DNA of 64,000 nt, taken from NCBI GenBank assembly GCA_964016885.1, contig OZ024742.1, forward strand, positions 321,904,001 through 321,968,000, given 5' to 3'. Numbering within the stretch: the first letter of the stretch is position 1; each line of letters begins with the position of its first letter. The stretch comes from Eledone cirrhosa (Eukaryota). The notes beneath the pieces are model-generated. The model was not told the origin of the DNA. It was given only the letters and a program-made list of their open reading frames with translations, and searched no databases. Positions 41,619 through 54,255 of this stretch are shown in pieces. The position numbers and the translations under genes were made by a program.

Positions 41619-42416
41619 TTTATTTTTATTTTTATTTTTATTTTTATTTTTATTTTTATTTTTATTTTTATTTTTATTTTTATTTTTATTTTTACTTTTA
41701 TTTTTATTTTTATTTTTATTTTTATTTTTATTTTTATTTTTATTTTTATTTTTATTTTTTTTATTTTTTTTTTTATTTTTTTTTTTATTTTTATTTTTTT
41801 TTTATTTTTATTTTTATTTTTATTTTTTTTTTTATTTTTATTTTTATTTTTATTTTTATTTTTATTTTTTTTTTTATTTTTATTTTTATTTTTTTTTTTA
41901 ATTTTATTTTTTTTTTATTATTTTTATTTTTATTTTTATTTTTGTTTTGTTTTTGTTTTTGTTTTTATTTTTATTTTTATTTTTATTTTTATTTTTATTT
42001 TTATTTTTATTTTTATTTTTATTTTTATTTTTATTTTTATTTTTATTATTTTTATTTTTATTTTTATTTTTATTTTTATTTTTATTTTTATTTTTATTTT
42101 TATTTTTATTTTTATTTTTATTTTTGTTTTTGTTTTTATTTTTATTTTTTTTTTTATTTTTATTTTTATTTTTTTTTTTAATTTTATTTTTTTTTTATTA
42201 TTTTTATTTTTATTTTTATTTTTGTTTTGTTTTTGTTTTTGTTTTTATTTTTATTTTTATTTTTATTTTTATTTTTATTTTTATTTTTATTTTTATTTTT
42301 ATTTTTATTTTTATTTTTATTTTTATTTTTATTTTTATTTTTGTTTTTGTTTTTATTTTTATTTTTATTTTTATTTTTATTTTTATTTTTATTTTTATTT
42401 TTATTTTTATTTTTAC
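41387..42416. repeat. ~1-kb (TTTTTA)n hexanucleotide tract
   Basis: Direct reading. Confidence 0.95.
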
Positions 42417-42740
42417 TTCACATCCACCAATAACCCCCCCCCCTTATTCTCCGATTCACTTACCTAATATCTTCACTTTCCATTTTTTACTTCCCTATTT
42501 GCTTCACTAACTGATTACAAAGGTCGCTTGCGTTTTCCACTCCAGATATTTTTATTTTTTATTTTTTATTTGTTATTTTTTATTTTTTATTTTTGCGCAG
42601 CCAATCTTACAATTTTATATTTGTACTTACTTATCCACAAGTTTTTTACACCCTGTATCTATGTGTCTGAACGCCTTAATGTGTGTATACTTTCTATATA
42701 TGTACATGAGTGCCTACGTATGTGCGCGCGCGTGCGTGTT

Positions 42741-42771
<31 letters not shown>

Positions 42772-43510
42772 ATGTGTCTTTATATCCGTGTTTTTACATC
42801 TAGGTTTTATGTTTTGTTTCTTTTTTCTTCTTCCCTTTTTTTACATCCTCATTTTCCTGCGTGTGCATGCAAACATGTCAATATGCGTGAATGTAAGTAT
42901 GTGTGTGTGTGTGTGTGTGTGTGTGTACGTATCGAACGTATGGATGTGTAAGTGTGCGTGTGTATATAAGCATGTATATTTTTGCGTTTCTTTTGTGAGA
43001 TATACGTGTGTGTGTATGCGTGTACCTTGTTTGTCTTCTTTTCTTTAATTTTTTCTTTCTAAATTATTGTTCCAATTTTATAAATATATCGAGATTGATA
43101 CTATCCTTTAATTATTACACTCCCTTGCCTCTTTTACTTCCGCATATAAGTGTACGTGTGTGTAGGTGCGTTTATGCGCGTGCCTTCATATTCTTATGAT
43201 GTATCTATTCTGTCTGTAGTTTACAGATACACAGATACATTTGCCCTAAATTATATATTTACGCACACTTTTTCACTATACGTATACATATCTCCATACA
43301 CATATATGCACATATGTGAGCGTATATACATACATATACACACACCTAACTATATTTCTTGAAAGATTTTTCTATATTTCATATTCTAATTCATATGTCT
43401 ATTTTTTTTTTGCTTTTTTTGCTTTTTTTGCTTTTTTTGCTTTTTTTGCTTTTTTTGCTTTTTTTGCTTTTCTTGGTGAGACTTTCCAAGTATTTACCCA
43501 TGTTTTATAT

Positions 43511-43584
43511 TGCCTCGTCTGACGAACGAATGAAGACGTTTCTTTCGTATTCGCCTCATTCGGGAAACCTCTGGTAATGAGGTA
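43511..43584 (+). ncRNA. Type I hammerhead ribozyme
   Basis: Stem I TGCCTCGT/ATGAGGTA; CUGACGA at 43519; stem II CGAATGA/TCATTCG; GAAA at 43564; stem III CC-tct-GG; GUA cleavage triplet; lies at the PLE 3' end. Confidence 0.8.
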
Positions 43585-43644
43585 TTTATATTGTATTGAT
43601 TTATTTTAAAAAATTGTTTGAATCTTACTTGCTCCGCTTATCTC

Positions 43645-43736
<92 letters not shown>

Positions 43737-44258
43737 GAGATAAGCGGAGCAAGTAAGATTCAAACAATTTTTTTAAATATATTAAAATATATAATTTAAA
43801 TATTTACCCATTCCATTTGCGCTTACCGACGGTTTCACCTTACAAAAGATTGGAGATTCTAGGGACCTCCAATGAAAATGTTTTGATCATCAGAGAGCAT
43901 TTTCCTTACCTAGGACAAAAGTCCCAGGAACGGCAAAATATATTGCCACCTGCCAGCTAGCACAGGATCGAATGAGGCCGTAAACTTGACCTGTGCATGA
44001 ACCAGCTCTTAGTAGAAGCAGGAAGTAAACATAGACGTGTTGTCTATCACGCCACTAAAAATAGCAGCTAAATAAAACAACGGATTTGTTCTCTACATCA
44101 CGGAGAAAATATAAAAGGAGATTAATATCCCCACAGGTACTAAGTACCCCTGGAAATATATAGGGTGTCTATGATACAGTGGTTGTTCCATGGTATTAAT
44201 TTGACATACCAGAAATATAAAATTGAGTTAAGCGGAGCAAGATATCTATATATATATA

Positions 44259-44391
<133 letters not shown>

Positions 44392-44888
44392 CCGGATATT
44401 TCCAAAAAGCTAATGAAACCTACGGGGGTAGAAACATGTCTCTGGTATGTTAATGTACATTTATTCTTCTAACTTTGATTTTTTACCTAATTGTGTATAG
44501 TTAACTATATGTCTAGTCAATTTCTACGGGCTATTAGAAATACTAGCCAAATCTTCTGTGGCTGTGGATCGCGGATAAAATAGCTATCGTTTATTTATCT
44601 ATTGTTTCTTCATAGGCACATTTTAAACTTATAGCCTCGTTTAATTGATTTTTTATGTCGTTCATTATGCAGATTGGTAGAAATACTGTATATATTTTAT
44701 CAAATGATTCTATGGACTTACTTTCTTATATATTGCTCTGATTGTTGATTATTTAATTAATCAATAATTCGTCATTGAGCCACACCGTGAATGGTTGCCA
44801 AAAACACACATATATATATATATATATATATGACTCTGTCTAGTTTATCTAGGTGTAAACCTCTATATATTATATATGTATATATATA

Positions 44889-44991
<103 letters not shown>

Positions 44992-45067
44992 CGGAGGAAA
45001 TGTGGTAAGGAACCAGGTGGACCATAACGCACCAAAGTACTCAATACTTAGGGTAGTAGAGTGGGTA

Positions 45068-45151
45068 ATAGGAACGAGTAGGACCCCGACGGCTGAGCTC
45101 AAGCCGTCGAAACGGCTTGAGCTCAGCCGTCGGGGTCCTACTCGTTCCTAT
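45068..45151. repeat. Perfect 40-bp inverted repeat with 4-nt loop
   Basis: Arms 45068-45107 and 45112-45151 are exact reverse complements. Confidence 0.95.
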
Positions 45152-45396
45152 ATATATATATATATATATAATTCTTCAAATATATATATATATATAATTT
45201 TCCCCCCATTCTGAATTGTTATCTAGACACTTTTCAACAGAGTACTATATTAATATATTATATATATATTTTTAGCTCGGCAAAAGCAAAGGGTGTAATT
45301 GACAGTTCCGTTTCCCGCTCATAAGTGGTTGTCAAGACTACATACCCCTTCGCTTCTGCCGAGAAGTATAGAAGCTGGATTCTTATAGAATTCCAG

Positions 45397-45437
<41 letters not shown>

Positions 45438-46791
45438 TATGTATATGTACATGCATATATCTATACAGACGTACAGTAGTATGTATATATATACATACAT
45501 GCACACATGATTGAACGTCTGAAAGTATATACTTTCCTTATGCATATTAACGGCTGAGCAGCTTAATTTGCATATCGAGTGAGTTAATCGGCCGGGCGCA
45601 CCGAAAACGATAAATGGAAAAAATGAAACGAAATTTCATTTCTCACTCTTAGTACGGCTGTTACTTAAATATAAGTATGTATACGTACATACATATATGT
45701 ATACAGACGTACAGTATGCAGCCGTTAATATGCATAAGGAAAGTATATACTTTCAGACGTTCAATCATCTGGCAGGAAGGTTTACGGTGCTGACGGTAGC
45801 TAATAAGCTTGAAACTAGTACATCGTTCCTTTGTCAGTGTTGAACAAAAGGGCAATGATGGTTGCTAAACACTGTACGGCGTTATTCGGGATGTTTGTTT
45901 ACAAACAAACCGAGCATTATAATAAATGTTCGGTGAATCCATACGTACATATATATATATGAGTGCATGTTTGTATATATATATATACTACTGTACGTCT
46001 GTATACATATATCTATGTACGTATACATACTTATATTTAAGTAACAGCCGTACTAAGAGTGAGAAATGAAATTTCATTTCATTTTTTCCATTCATATATA
46101 TATATATATATTAGAAAGTGAGGTTTTTTTACAAAATGAAAAAAAAAACGAGGTGTCTTACACGAGTGAAAGTATAAGGAAAAAAGATGAAATCGAAAAT
46201 GCAACTGGAGTCTTTTTTTTTTATATATATCTATTCGGTTCCTTTACCGGTTTAGCAGTTCTTGTGATTTTCAAAAGTAGAATTGAAAACTGAATGTTAC
46301 TTCTGTTTTATATGGAAAAAAGTGGCTCGAAATGCCAGGTTTTTAGAGAAGTAATTTGGTTGGTTGATGACTGTCATGTGAATAAGTATAATAAATTTCG
46401 CGCCAGTTCGCGTTACAAAGTTCTTATTATATTTGCCTTAAAAAAGGGGGGGGGGGGATTAGATTGTCTTTTCATATATGAATGAAGATTGGTTGGTTGA
46501 TGTAGTCATGTGAATAAGCACATCAACTTTCGCGCCAGTTTATGTTTGAATTTCTTTTTACTTTTAAAAAAAAGTGGCTCACGAAGGCTTTTTTTATAAA
46601 TGTAATTTGATTGGTTATATATGAAATTATGACTGTTACGTGAACAAGTACATTGCGCCCGTATTTGGGAATTTCTTTTGTAGCTTTTAGAGAATTTTGT
46701 GCCAAACAAAAGATAATGGTCAAGAAAAACGGGATGGCGAGAATTGTTCTGGTTCAGTGAATATGGCTGGTGTGCTGGGGTGTCAAAATTC

Positions 46792-46858
<67 letters not shown>

Positions 46859-46866
<8 letters not shown>

Positions 46867-46946
46867 ATTAAGGCAAAATAGTGAGTCTCGTTACTCTGGA
46901 GTTTCATCCGTTTATCACAGGGTCATCACACAAGAACACTCACACA

Positions 46947-47041
<95 letters not shown>

Positions 47042-47120
47042 TCTTGTGTGATGACCTTGTGATAAACAGGTGCAACTCCAGAGTAACAAGACTTACTATT
47101 TAGCCTTAATAAAATGAATA
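46859..47120. repeat. Diverged ~85-bp inverted repeats around (TA)n, each containing a hammerhead-like motif
   Basis: tcttgt-GTGATGA-..-G(A/C)AAC-tccaga-GTA-ac(a/g)aga in both arms. Confidence 0.7.
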
Positions 47121-47130
47121 TATATATATA

Positions 47131-48440
47131 CGAGGGGGGATCAAAAAGTTCGCGGAATTTTATCGTAGTAAGAAAAAAATAGATTAAAACAATATTAAAC
47201 ATGTCAGAACATTGTCACTGGGTGTTTACCTTGCTATTAGTCACTTGCAGTCAGTTATGCGGGACTATTGTACAGTACTGACACTCTTTAAACAACCTCT
47301 TTTTGGAACAATGGAAAATAGTTATTTTGAGATAAGATCGAATATCAAGTTTCTGGTGAAACTCAAATGGAAAGGGACACAGATTATGGAGGTTTTAGTT
47401 AAAGTTTACAGTACTACTGCTCCAAAGAAAACTGCTGTCTACAAGTGGATTCAGCGATTCAAACAAGGGAGAGACGACCTTGAAGACGACCATCACAGTG
47501 GAAGACTAGGAACATCAAAAAATGAACAAAACGTTGAGGCTGCTCAGACTTTAATTGAAGAAGATCGAAGAATAACAGTTAATCAGTTAGCTAAGTCCCT
47601 AGACATTTCATATGGTTCGGCAAATTCAATTCTGCACGATAATTTGGGACTAAGCAAGCTTTCAGCGCGATGGGTCCCAAAAGCGTTGCGCCCTGATCAG
47701 CTGATTCTTCGAAGTGATCTGTCTTTGGCGATATTAAACAAAATTGAAGTTGATGAAGAGCATTTCCTGACCAGAATCATCACCGGAGATGAAACCTGGA
47801 TCTACCAGTATGATGCTGAATCTAAACAGCAGTCAAAACAGTGGCTTCCACGTGGATCATCGGGGCCAATCAAGTTCAAATCTCAAAAGTCGGATCAAAA
47901 AGTGATGGCCACCATTTTCTGGGATTCAGATGGGGTGATACTAATAGATTATCTTAAAGGTCAAAGAACTGTGACAGGAGCTTACTATGCAAATGTTTTA
48001 AGGAAGCTGAAAGAGGCTTTAGTCAAGAAACGAAAAGCGAAACTTCATGGTGGGATCTTGTTTCTCCATGACAATGCACCAGCGCATTCTGCGCGGGTTG
48101 CAAAAGAAGTTCTTCGAGAATTTCGATGGGAAGTGCTTCCTCACCCGCCTTATAGTCCAGATTTAGCCCCATCAGACTTTTTCCTCTTTCCAAAACTCAA
48201 AGAAATGCTAAAAGGAACCCGTTTTAGTGGTGTTGGAGAAGCTAAAAACACTGCCAACACATGGCTTCGAACAAAGCCTTCAACTTTCTTTAGAGACGGC
48301 TTACGAAGCTGGAAGCATCGCCTTGTCAAGTGTATTGACCTGGATAGCAACTATGTAGAAAAATAAATTGATGGTAAATCATATTTTTAAAAAAACAGAA
48401 TATTTTCTGAAAAATTCCGCGAACTTTTTGATCCCCCCTC

Positions 48441-48441
<1 letters not shown>
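47131..48441 (+). mobile_element. Complete mariner transposon, 1311 bp, perfect 31-bp TIRs, inserted at TA
   Basis: TIR cgaggggggatcaaaaagttcgcggaatttt at 47131-47161 and its reverse complement at 48411-48441. Confidence 0.97.
47311..48366 (+). CDS. Mariner transposase D,D34D, 351 aa, intact
   Basis: ATG at 47311; WVPKAL, TGDETW, HDNA, YSPDLAPSD with 34 residues between the last two catalytic Asp. Confidence 0.96.
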   Translation: MENSYFEIRSNIKFLVKLKWKGTQIMEVLVKVYSTTAPKKTAVYKWIQRFKQGRDDLEDDHHSGRLGTSKNEQNVEAAQTLIEEDRRITVNQLAKSLDISYGSANSILHDNLGLSKLSARWVPKALRPDQLILRSDLSLAILNKIEVDEEHFLTRIITGDETWIYQYDAESKQQSKQWLPRGSSGPIKFKSQKSDQKVMATIFWDSDGVILIDYLKGQRTVTGAYYANVLRKLKEALVKKRKAKLHGGILFLHDNAPAHSARVAKEVLREFRWEVLPHPPYSPDLAPSDFFLFPKLKEMLKGTRFSGVGEAKNTANTWLRTKPSTFFRDGLRSWKHRLVKCIDLDSNYVEK

Positions 48442-48489
<48 letters not shown>

Positions 48490-48639
48490 TCTATATATTC
48501 TTTCTTTCACTGGTTTCAGTCATCAGACGGCAGCCATGGTGGGGTACCACTTTAGTCCATCATATCGACACCATACCTTATTTTGTCAACGACGTAAGAT
48601 ATTCAATACATCAAATAGTAAAGATACATTATCTTATTA

Positions 48640-48960
48640 AAATTTGACTCTTACAGGACTCGTTCTGTCTCTTTCCGTCAAGAAATTATGGAAGCTAATT
48701 CCTTAATTATATAGACAACTGGCTCGGCTGGATTAAAGCAGCGCTTCTCGGAAATCCAAATCACATTTCTCCCCTAACTCAGGTTTCCTCAATTTTCCCC
48801 CCATTTTCAATTGTTATCTAGACACTTTTCAACAAAGCACTATATTAACACGAGGAAGTTTTTCAAACAAACATCAATATCTATATAGTCCCAAATGGAA
48901 TAATATCTGAAGAAACAATCTTTTATGAACTTAAAAAACTTCTTGTTGAGAATGTTAGTA
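48640..48960 (-). mobile_element. Highly degenerate PLE-like RT fragment
   Basis: Minus strand ggactatatagatattgatg resembles GLYRDD; partly repeated at 45197-45255. Confidence 0.35.
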
Positions 48961-49582
48961 TTTCATTTGATTGGATTCCTCACTGATTCTTCCAGTGGGA
49001 GCCAAGGGCATTCTGTTTGAGAATTATTGGGTTAAAATAGGCAATTCACCAGGCTTTGGTGCTCGGGGTGACGTCGACAAAACCTTTTGGGTAGACACTC
49101 TAATTTGTGAGAGACATATTTCACGACGTTTCATATAAACTCTATTTTATAAATCTAAGAAACTGGAATATCGGACAATGTGATCCAGTGACCCTAACGA
49201 CAGACACAAGTAAGATGTGATATGATGGTTGTAGGAAGGGTTAAAAATCATGAGTTGTTTATACATTAAAATGACAGCTAAAAACTGAATTGAAGGGAGA
49301 GGTGCGGGGGAGTACGAGTCAACCGAGTACCAACTAACTACTACAACCACTCCTTCCTGCCATGAGCATCACCTATCTGGGGCTCCCTTTTCCGTATGAC
49401 TTTCCAAAAGGAACAGACCTATAAAAACTTACTAAACACTCGGCAGGGCGGAGTAAAGAAGTTCGCCTCGCAACCACGTAGTTTCGATTTCAGTCACACA
49501 TAGGCAAGTGTCTTCTACTATAGCGTCGGATTGTAAGTAAAATTTGGTAGACGGATACTGTGTAGAAGTCATATATATATAG

Positions 49583-49621
<39 letters not shown>

Positions 49622-50059
49622 TATACAGCTTTGCAAATCAAATATAGCGACCGACAGTCTGGCCGTATTGCCATAGCAACGAAAAAAACTGAACTCAGGA
49701 AAAGATTTTGACTGACCTGGACCGTCGCGTGGACATCGAATGCAACACATAACGCATAACGTATAGCATACAATATACATCACATATAACATACAACATC
49801 CACGCTAGGATTCTGTAAATCCGAGATCGACAAATTCCGCTTGCAGGGATCTGTAAGTTGATGGCCTTTGACGACAGAACAAAGGATTTACTTCGTCAAC
49901 AAGTCTTGCGTTCTCTAGCCTCGACGGGTGTATTTTCTAGCAGTAATTTTCGCTATAGACGCGTGGTTTTCCCAAAGGGAGGTAACCCCCGTTTTGGCGG
50001 TCAATTCGAAATTTGGGACAAAGGAATGAAATTCCCTTAGACAAACCGAATTAAGCACT

Positions 50060-50137
<78 letters not shown>

Positions 50138-50140
50138 AGA

Positions 50141-50211
<71 letters not shown>

Positions 50212-50220
50212 TGGAGATAT

Positions 50221-50289
<69 letters not shown>

Positions 50290-50909
50290 AAAGAATAGAG
50301 GTGTAACACACGAGTTGTGATATATCAGTAAAAGGAAAAGAAAATGCTGACAAATTTTTCCCAGTGAAAAATAGTTTAATTAGGAGTAAGTAAAAATTAG
50401 TAATAAGTATTGGTTAGTATTCAGTTTTAGTTTTAAGTGTTTACCGGTTGCGCATTTCTAATGCTTTTCAAAAATAATTTTGAGATAGAGCGCCCGTGAT
50501 GTTTGCTCTAATCTGATCAGTTTTGGAAATTCTACCTGTTTTATGTGAAAAAAGTGGCTCCAGAGGTATTAAGATTTGGTTGGTTGTTGAATGTCACGTG
50601 AATGAGTACTATAAGTTTCGCGCCAATTCGTGTTGCAAAAATTCTTGTAGTCAAAACAATTTTGATTGGTCGGTAGAGGTCACGTGAATGTTAAAAATTG
50701 ATTTTGCGCCAAATGTAGGTTTGTCGAAGAGTGTCCTTTTTCGCCTGATTGAGAAGTCACTGAAAAATAAGTCTTTTAAGACAAATATGTGTGTGTGTGT
50801 GTGTGTGTGTAGTAAAGAGGTTCATTGTTGTGATAATGGTCAGTAGGGATGTGTGTGTGAATTGCAGTCATGTTGAAAGGTCAACAGTTCAGGTGTCTAT
50901 TAAGACAAA

Positions 50910-50983
<74 letters not shown>

Positions 50984-51091
50984 CAGAGTGGTTCGTGGTA
51001 GAGGGATCGGTCAGTAGGAATGTGTCTGTACGTGTGTGGGGGATATGTTAACATGTTAAAAGATATTTTTCAGCTCTTGTCTTATACGGAG

Positions 51092-51194
<103 letters not shown>

Positions 51195-51256
51195 TATGTA
51201 TGTCTGTTTGTATGTTAGTGTACGCGTGTGTATGTGTGTGTGTATCTGTGTGTGTG

Positions 51257-51288
<32 letters not shown>

Positions 51289-52336
51289 GATGGACCAGTA
51301 TTTTTGTGATACTGGTAAAAATGGTGTACATTATTCGATATTTTCAGTAATTTGCAAAAACGATTCTCTCAAAACAACATCAAAAACATTAATAATAAAA
51401 GGGGTGAAATGATGTATAGTATTGTCATAACACCAAGGTGTGTGTGAGTGTCCAGATTGTACGTACTGCAAGGGGAATCCATATATATATACACACACAC
51501 ACACATATATATGTATATGGTGAGGCGGTGTTTACGTATCTGTCTGTCTCTGTTTATGTCTCGTTTCGTAAACTACCGGTTTGACAAAAAGAGATCGATA
51601 AAATAAAAAATAATTGCCATACTTAAAATATATAAGTACTGGGGTCGATATGATCGATTAAATTCAGGCGATGCCCCTGTATGGCCACAGCCTAATGACT
51701 GAAACCAGTATAATAATTAAATAATATTAAGAAAACTGTGAAGATATTACATCGATGATAGGACACTATGATTTACTAATGTTGAACTATCAATTAAATA
51801 TATCACTAAACATAGAGCAAGTATTTGGGTAGCTTGTGAATGTTAGCATGCATGGGCCCTGAACATCTGATGGAATCATAAGGACGCCATCTAAGTTATT
51901 TTAAACCCGATGAAGCCCATCCCTCTCCAGGTATGAACACAGCTGATTTCTTCCAGTGAGTCAGAAAGATCGAGAAAGAGAGGTAGAAGAAGAAAGTACC
52001 ACAGTACTGTCCTGGTACTTTATTTACAAACCACAAAGGTAAGGATGAAACGAAAAGTTGATCACGACTGGATTTGAACTCGGAGCACAGAGATCCGGAA
52101 CGAATACCACAAAGCATTCTATCCGAGACTTTCTAATGACCCTGCCCATTCGCAGTTGTCTTGTGAATGTGATTAAAGAAATATGCATTGCAGACATAAC
52201 TACACCCAGATCACAAACGTGCTTTTTTTCAATGATGTCTTTGTTTAGGTTTAAATAAAACATTTCATTGAAAATTATGTACATAACGATGCGTATAGTA
52301 TTGTGTGGCTTTGAAGGACATTTATTGTTTGCCCAA

Positions 52337-53015
52337 TCTCCTTATAGTATATAACCAGCAATTTCTCTGTCTGTCTGTCCGACAGTGGAAACACGTGCGC
52401 GCGTGGTTGCTATCTCTCTCTCTCTCCAGTTATCCATCTCTTTTAGTCTGTCTGTTTCTCTCACTCTCACTCTTTCTCTTTGTAACACACTAACATTCCT
52501 CCCCTCTATCGCTGTGACGAATGGGGAGATGGAGGAGGAGGAGGAGGAGGAGGAGGAGAGAGTCACTTCATCACTTCACCTCTGCCTCATTACGTACAGA
52601 CATTAGGGCGGTGGATTGGCAGAATCTGTAGATAGTCGGACACCATGCTTCATAGCATGGAGTTACGTCCCTTTACGGTCTGAGTTCAAATACCGCCGAG
52701 GTTAACTTTGCCTTTCATCCACACGGGGTCGATAAAATAAGTACCAGTAATGTACTGAGTAATTGCTGGCCTTGTGCCAAAAGTAGAAACAATTATTAGA
52801 AACATTGCTTCATTTTTACATATCTAAGCATTAGTAAAATAACTAATAATTTCAAAAGTAATTTTTCAATTCCAATTGTTATGAACAGCAAAACATTAAT
52901 AATAATTTTGTTCTAAGAAATATATATACATTTCTGTGTGTGTAATATATATACACACACAGAAATATATATATATACACACAGAAATATATATACATTT
53001 CTGTGTGTGTAAATA

Positions 53016-53061
<46 letters not shown>

Positions 53062-53658
53062 GAAATATATATACATTTCTGTGTGTGTAATATATATATA
53101 TACACACACAGAAATATATGGGCATTTCTCTGTTTGTCTGTCTGTCTGTCTGTCCTTCCCTAAAACTCAAATGTAGGTGCTACAGAAATATTACCTTCCC
53201 CTTCCTTTCTCCACTTTGGTACTACCAAGAGAAAAACTGTCGCTTTAGAAACATTACCTTCCCCTCTTCACTGACTTTGGTCACTGAGGCCGAGGGAATT
53301 GCTGGTGCTATAGAGACACCTTGCACAAGCCAGAAGTAACCAGATCGAGGCGGTTCTGACTTGACACCATGCCAAGGACCATTTGAAGATATATTTCCAT
53401 CGTTATATCATAACGTTTATGTATCATAACGTTTATATTTCCGTCACTCATCTCTTTTTCTCCTTTTTCGTTTTAACATATATTTATTTCAAAGATTTCA
53501 CCGTATAGATAACTTATATATTTATACATGCATAAAAGACACACCGAGAGACGGTGAACATGTGGTGCCGAAAACATTTCTCATCCAAATCTCAACAATA
53601 TCAGTATATACACTAGATTTGCTAGCAGAAAACCGCCCACCGGGTGGTTTTCTGCTAG
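52337..53658 (+). mobile_element. Non-autonomous Helitron with nested SINE; another Helitron-like 5' end follows at 53659
   Basis: a|tc start, palindromic CTAG end, inverse homology to 15807-16751. Confidence 0.8.
52606..52797 (+). mobile_element. tRNA-derived SINE
   Basis: Same family as 21784. Confidence 0.8.
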
Positions 53659-53802
53659 TCTATATAATATAACGGTATAACTTTTATGTATGTCTGTCAC
53701 ACACAAGCGCTACGATCGGGTGAAAGCGTCCTAATTTTCATTATATTTAAATTTCATGGAACACTAAGGCAAAAATATGTGCGGAAATGGGGTGTTAAGG
53801 AT

Positions 53803-53899
<97 letters not shown>

Positions 53900-53974
53900 G
53901 TATATATATATATATATATATCACAGAAACGTTCCAATATCTACATATGAATGACATATCCTATAATACCCTTC

Positions 53975-54255
53975 TTCATTTTCTTCTTTTTTGCTCAGGG
54001 GGTCGTGGGAGCAGAGTCCTCAAATACTCCTTCTAGCGGGTCCTGTCAGAAGCTACCGTCTCCAACAGATGCAGCTGGAACCCCAAGCGTGACTAGCCAA
54101 GCTCATGGATGTTATACAACCATCTTGCTTGGGGTCTACCTCTCGTTGGGGTCTACCTCTGCCAGTTGGTTTTACACGTAAAATATGTGCAGCTATTCTT
54201 TGCTGAGGCATTCTAACCACATGCCTATAGTATCGGAGCTGTGATCTCTCAATTT
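53975..54255 (-). mobile_element. RTE-clade (Expander/Rex3-like) LINE 3' fragment
   Basis: Minus strand encodes IERSQLRYYRHVVRMP, then GRP.R-type motifs and LLPRP. Confidence 0.7.

Larger units (their letters stand above)
40061..43650 (+). mobile_element. Penelope-like retroelement (5'-truncated RT + C-terminal GIY-YIG + long 3' region), inserted in (TA)n
   Basis: MGSYDSADVCDLVG, GLYRDDGL, VDFLDI, SCHP; MIYAAQV..YVGMT..FKTRY..H; terminal sequence 43597-43650 is repeated upstream at 39960-40013. Confidence 0.85.

Noticed and set aside
47212-47310. N-terminal extension of the transposase (384 aa in the ORF track)
   Set aside because: Starts at TTG, not a plausible eukaryotic start; ATG 47311 gives the typical ~350 aa
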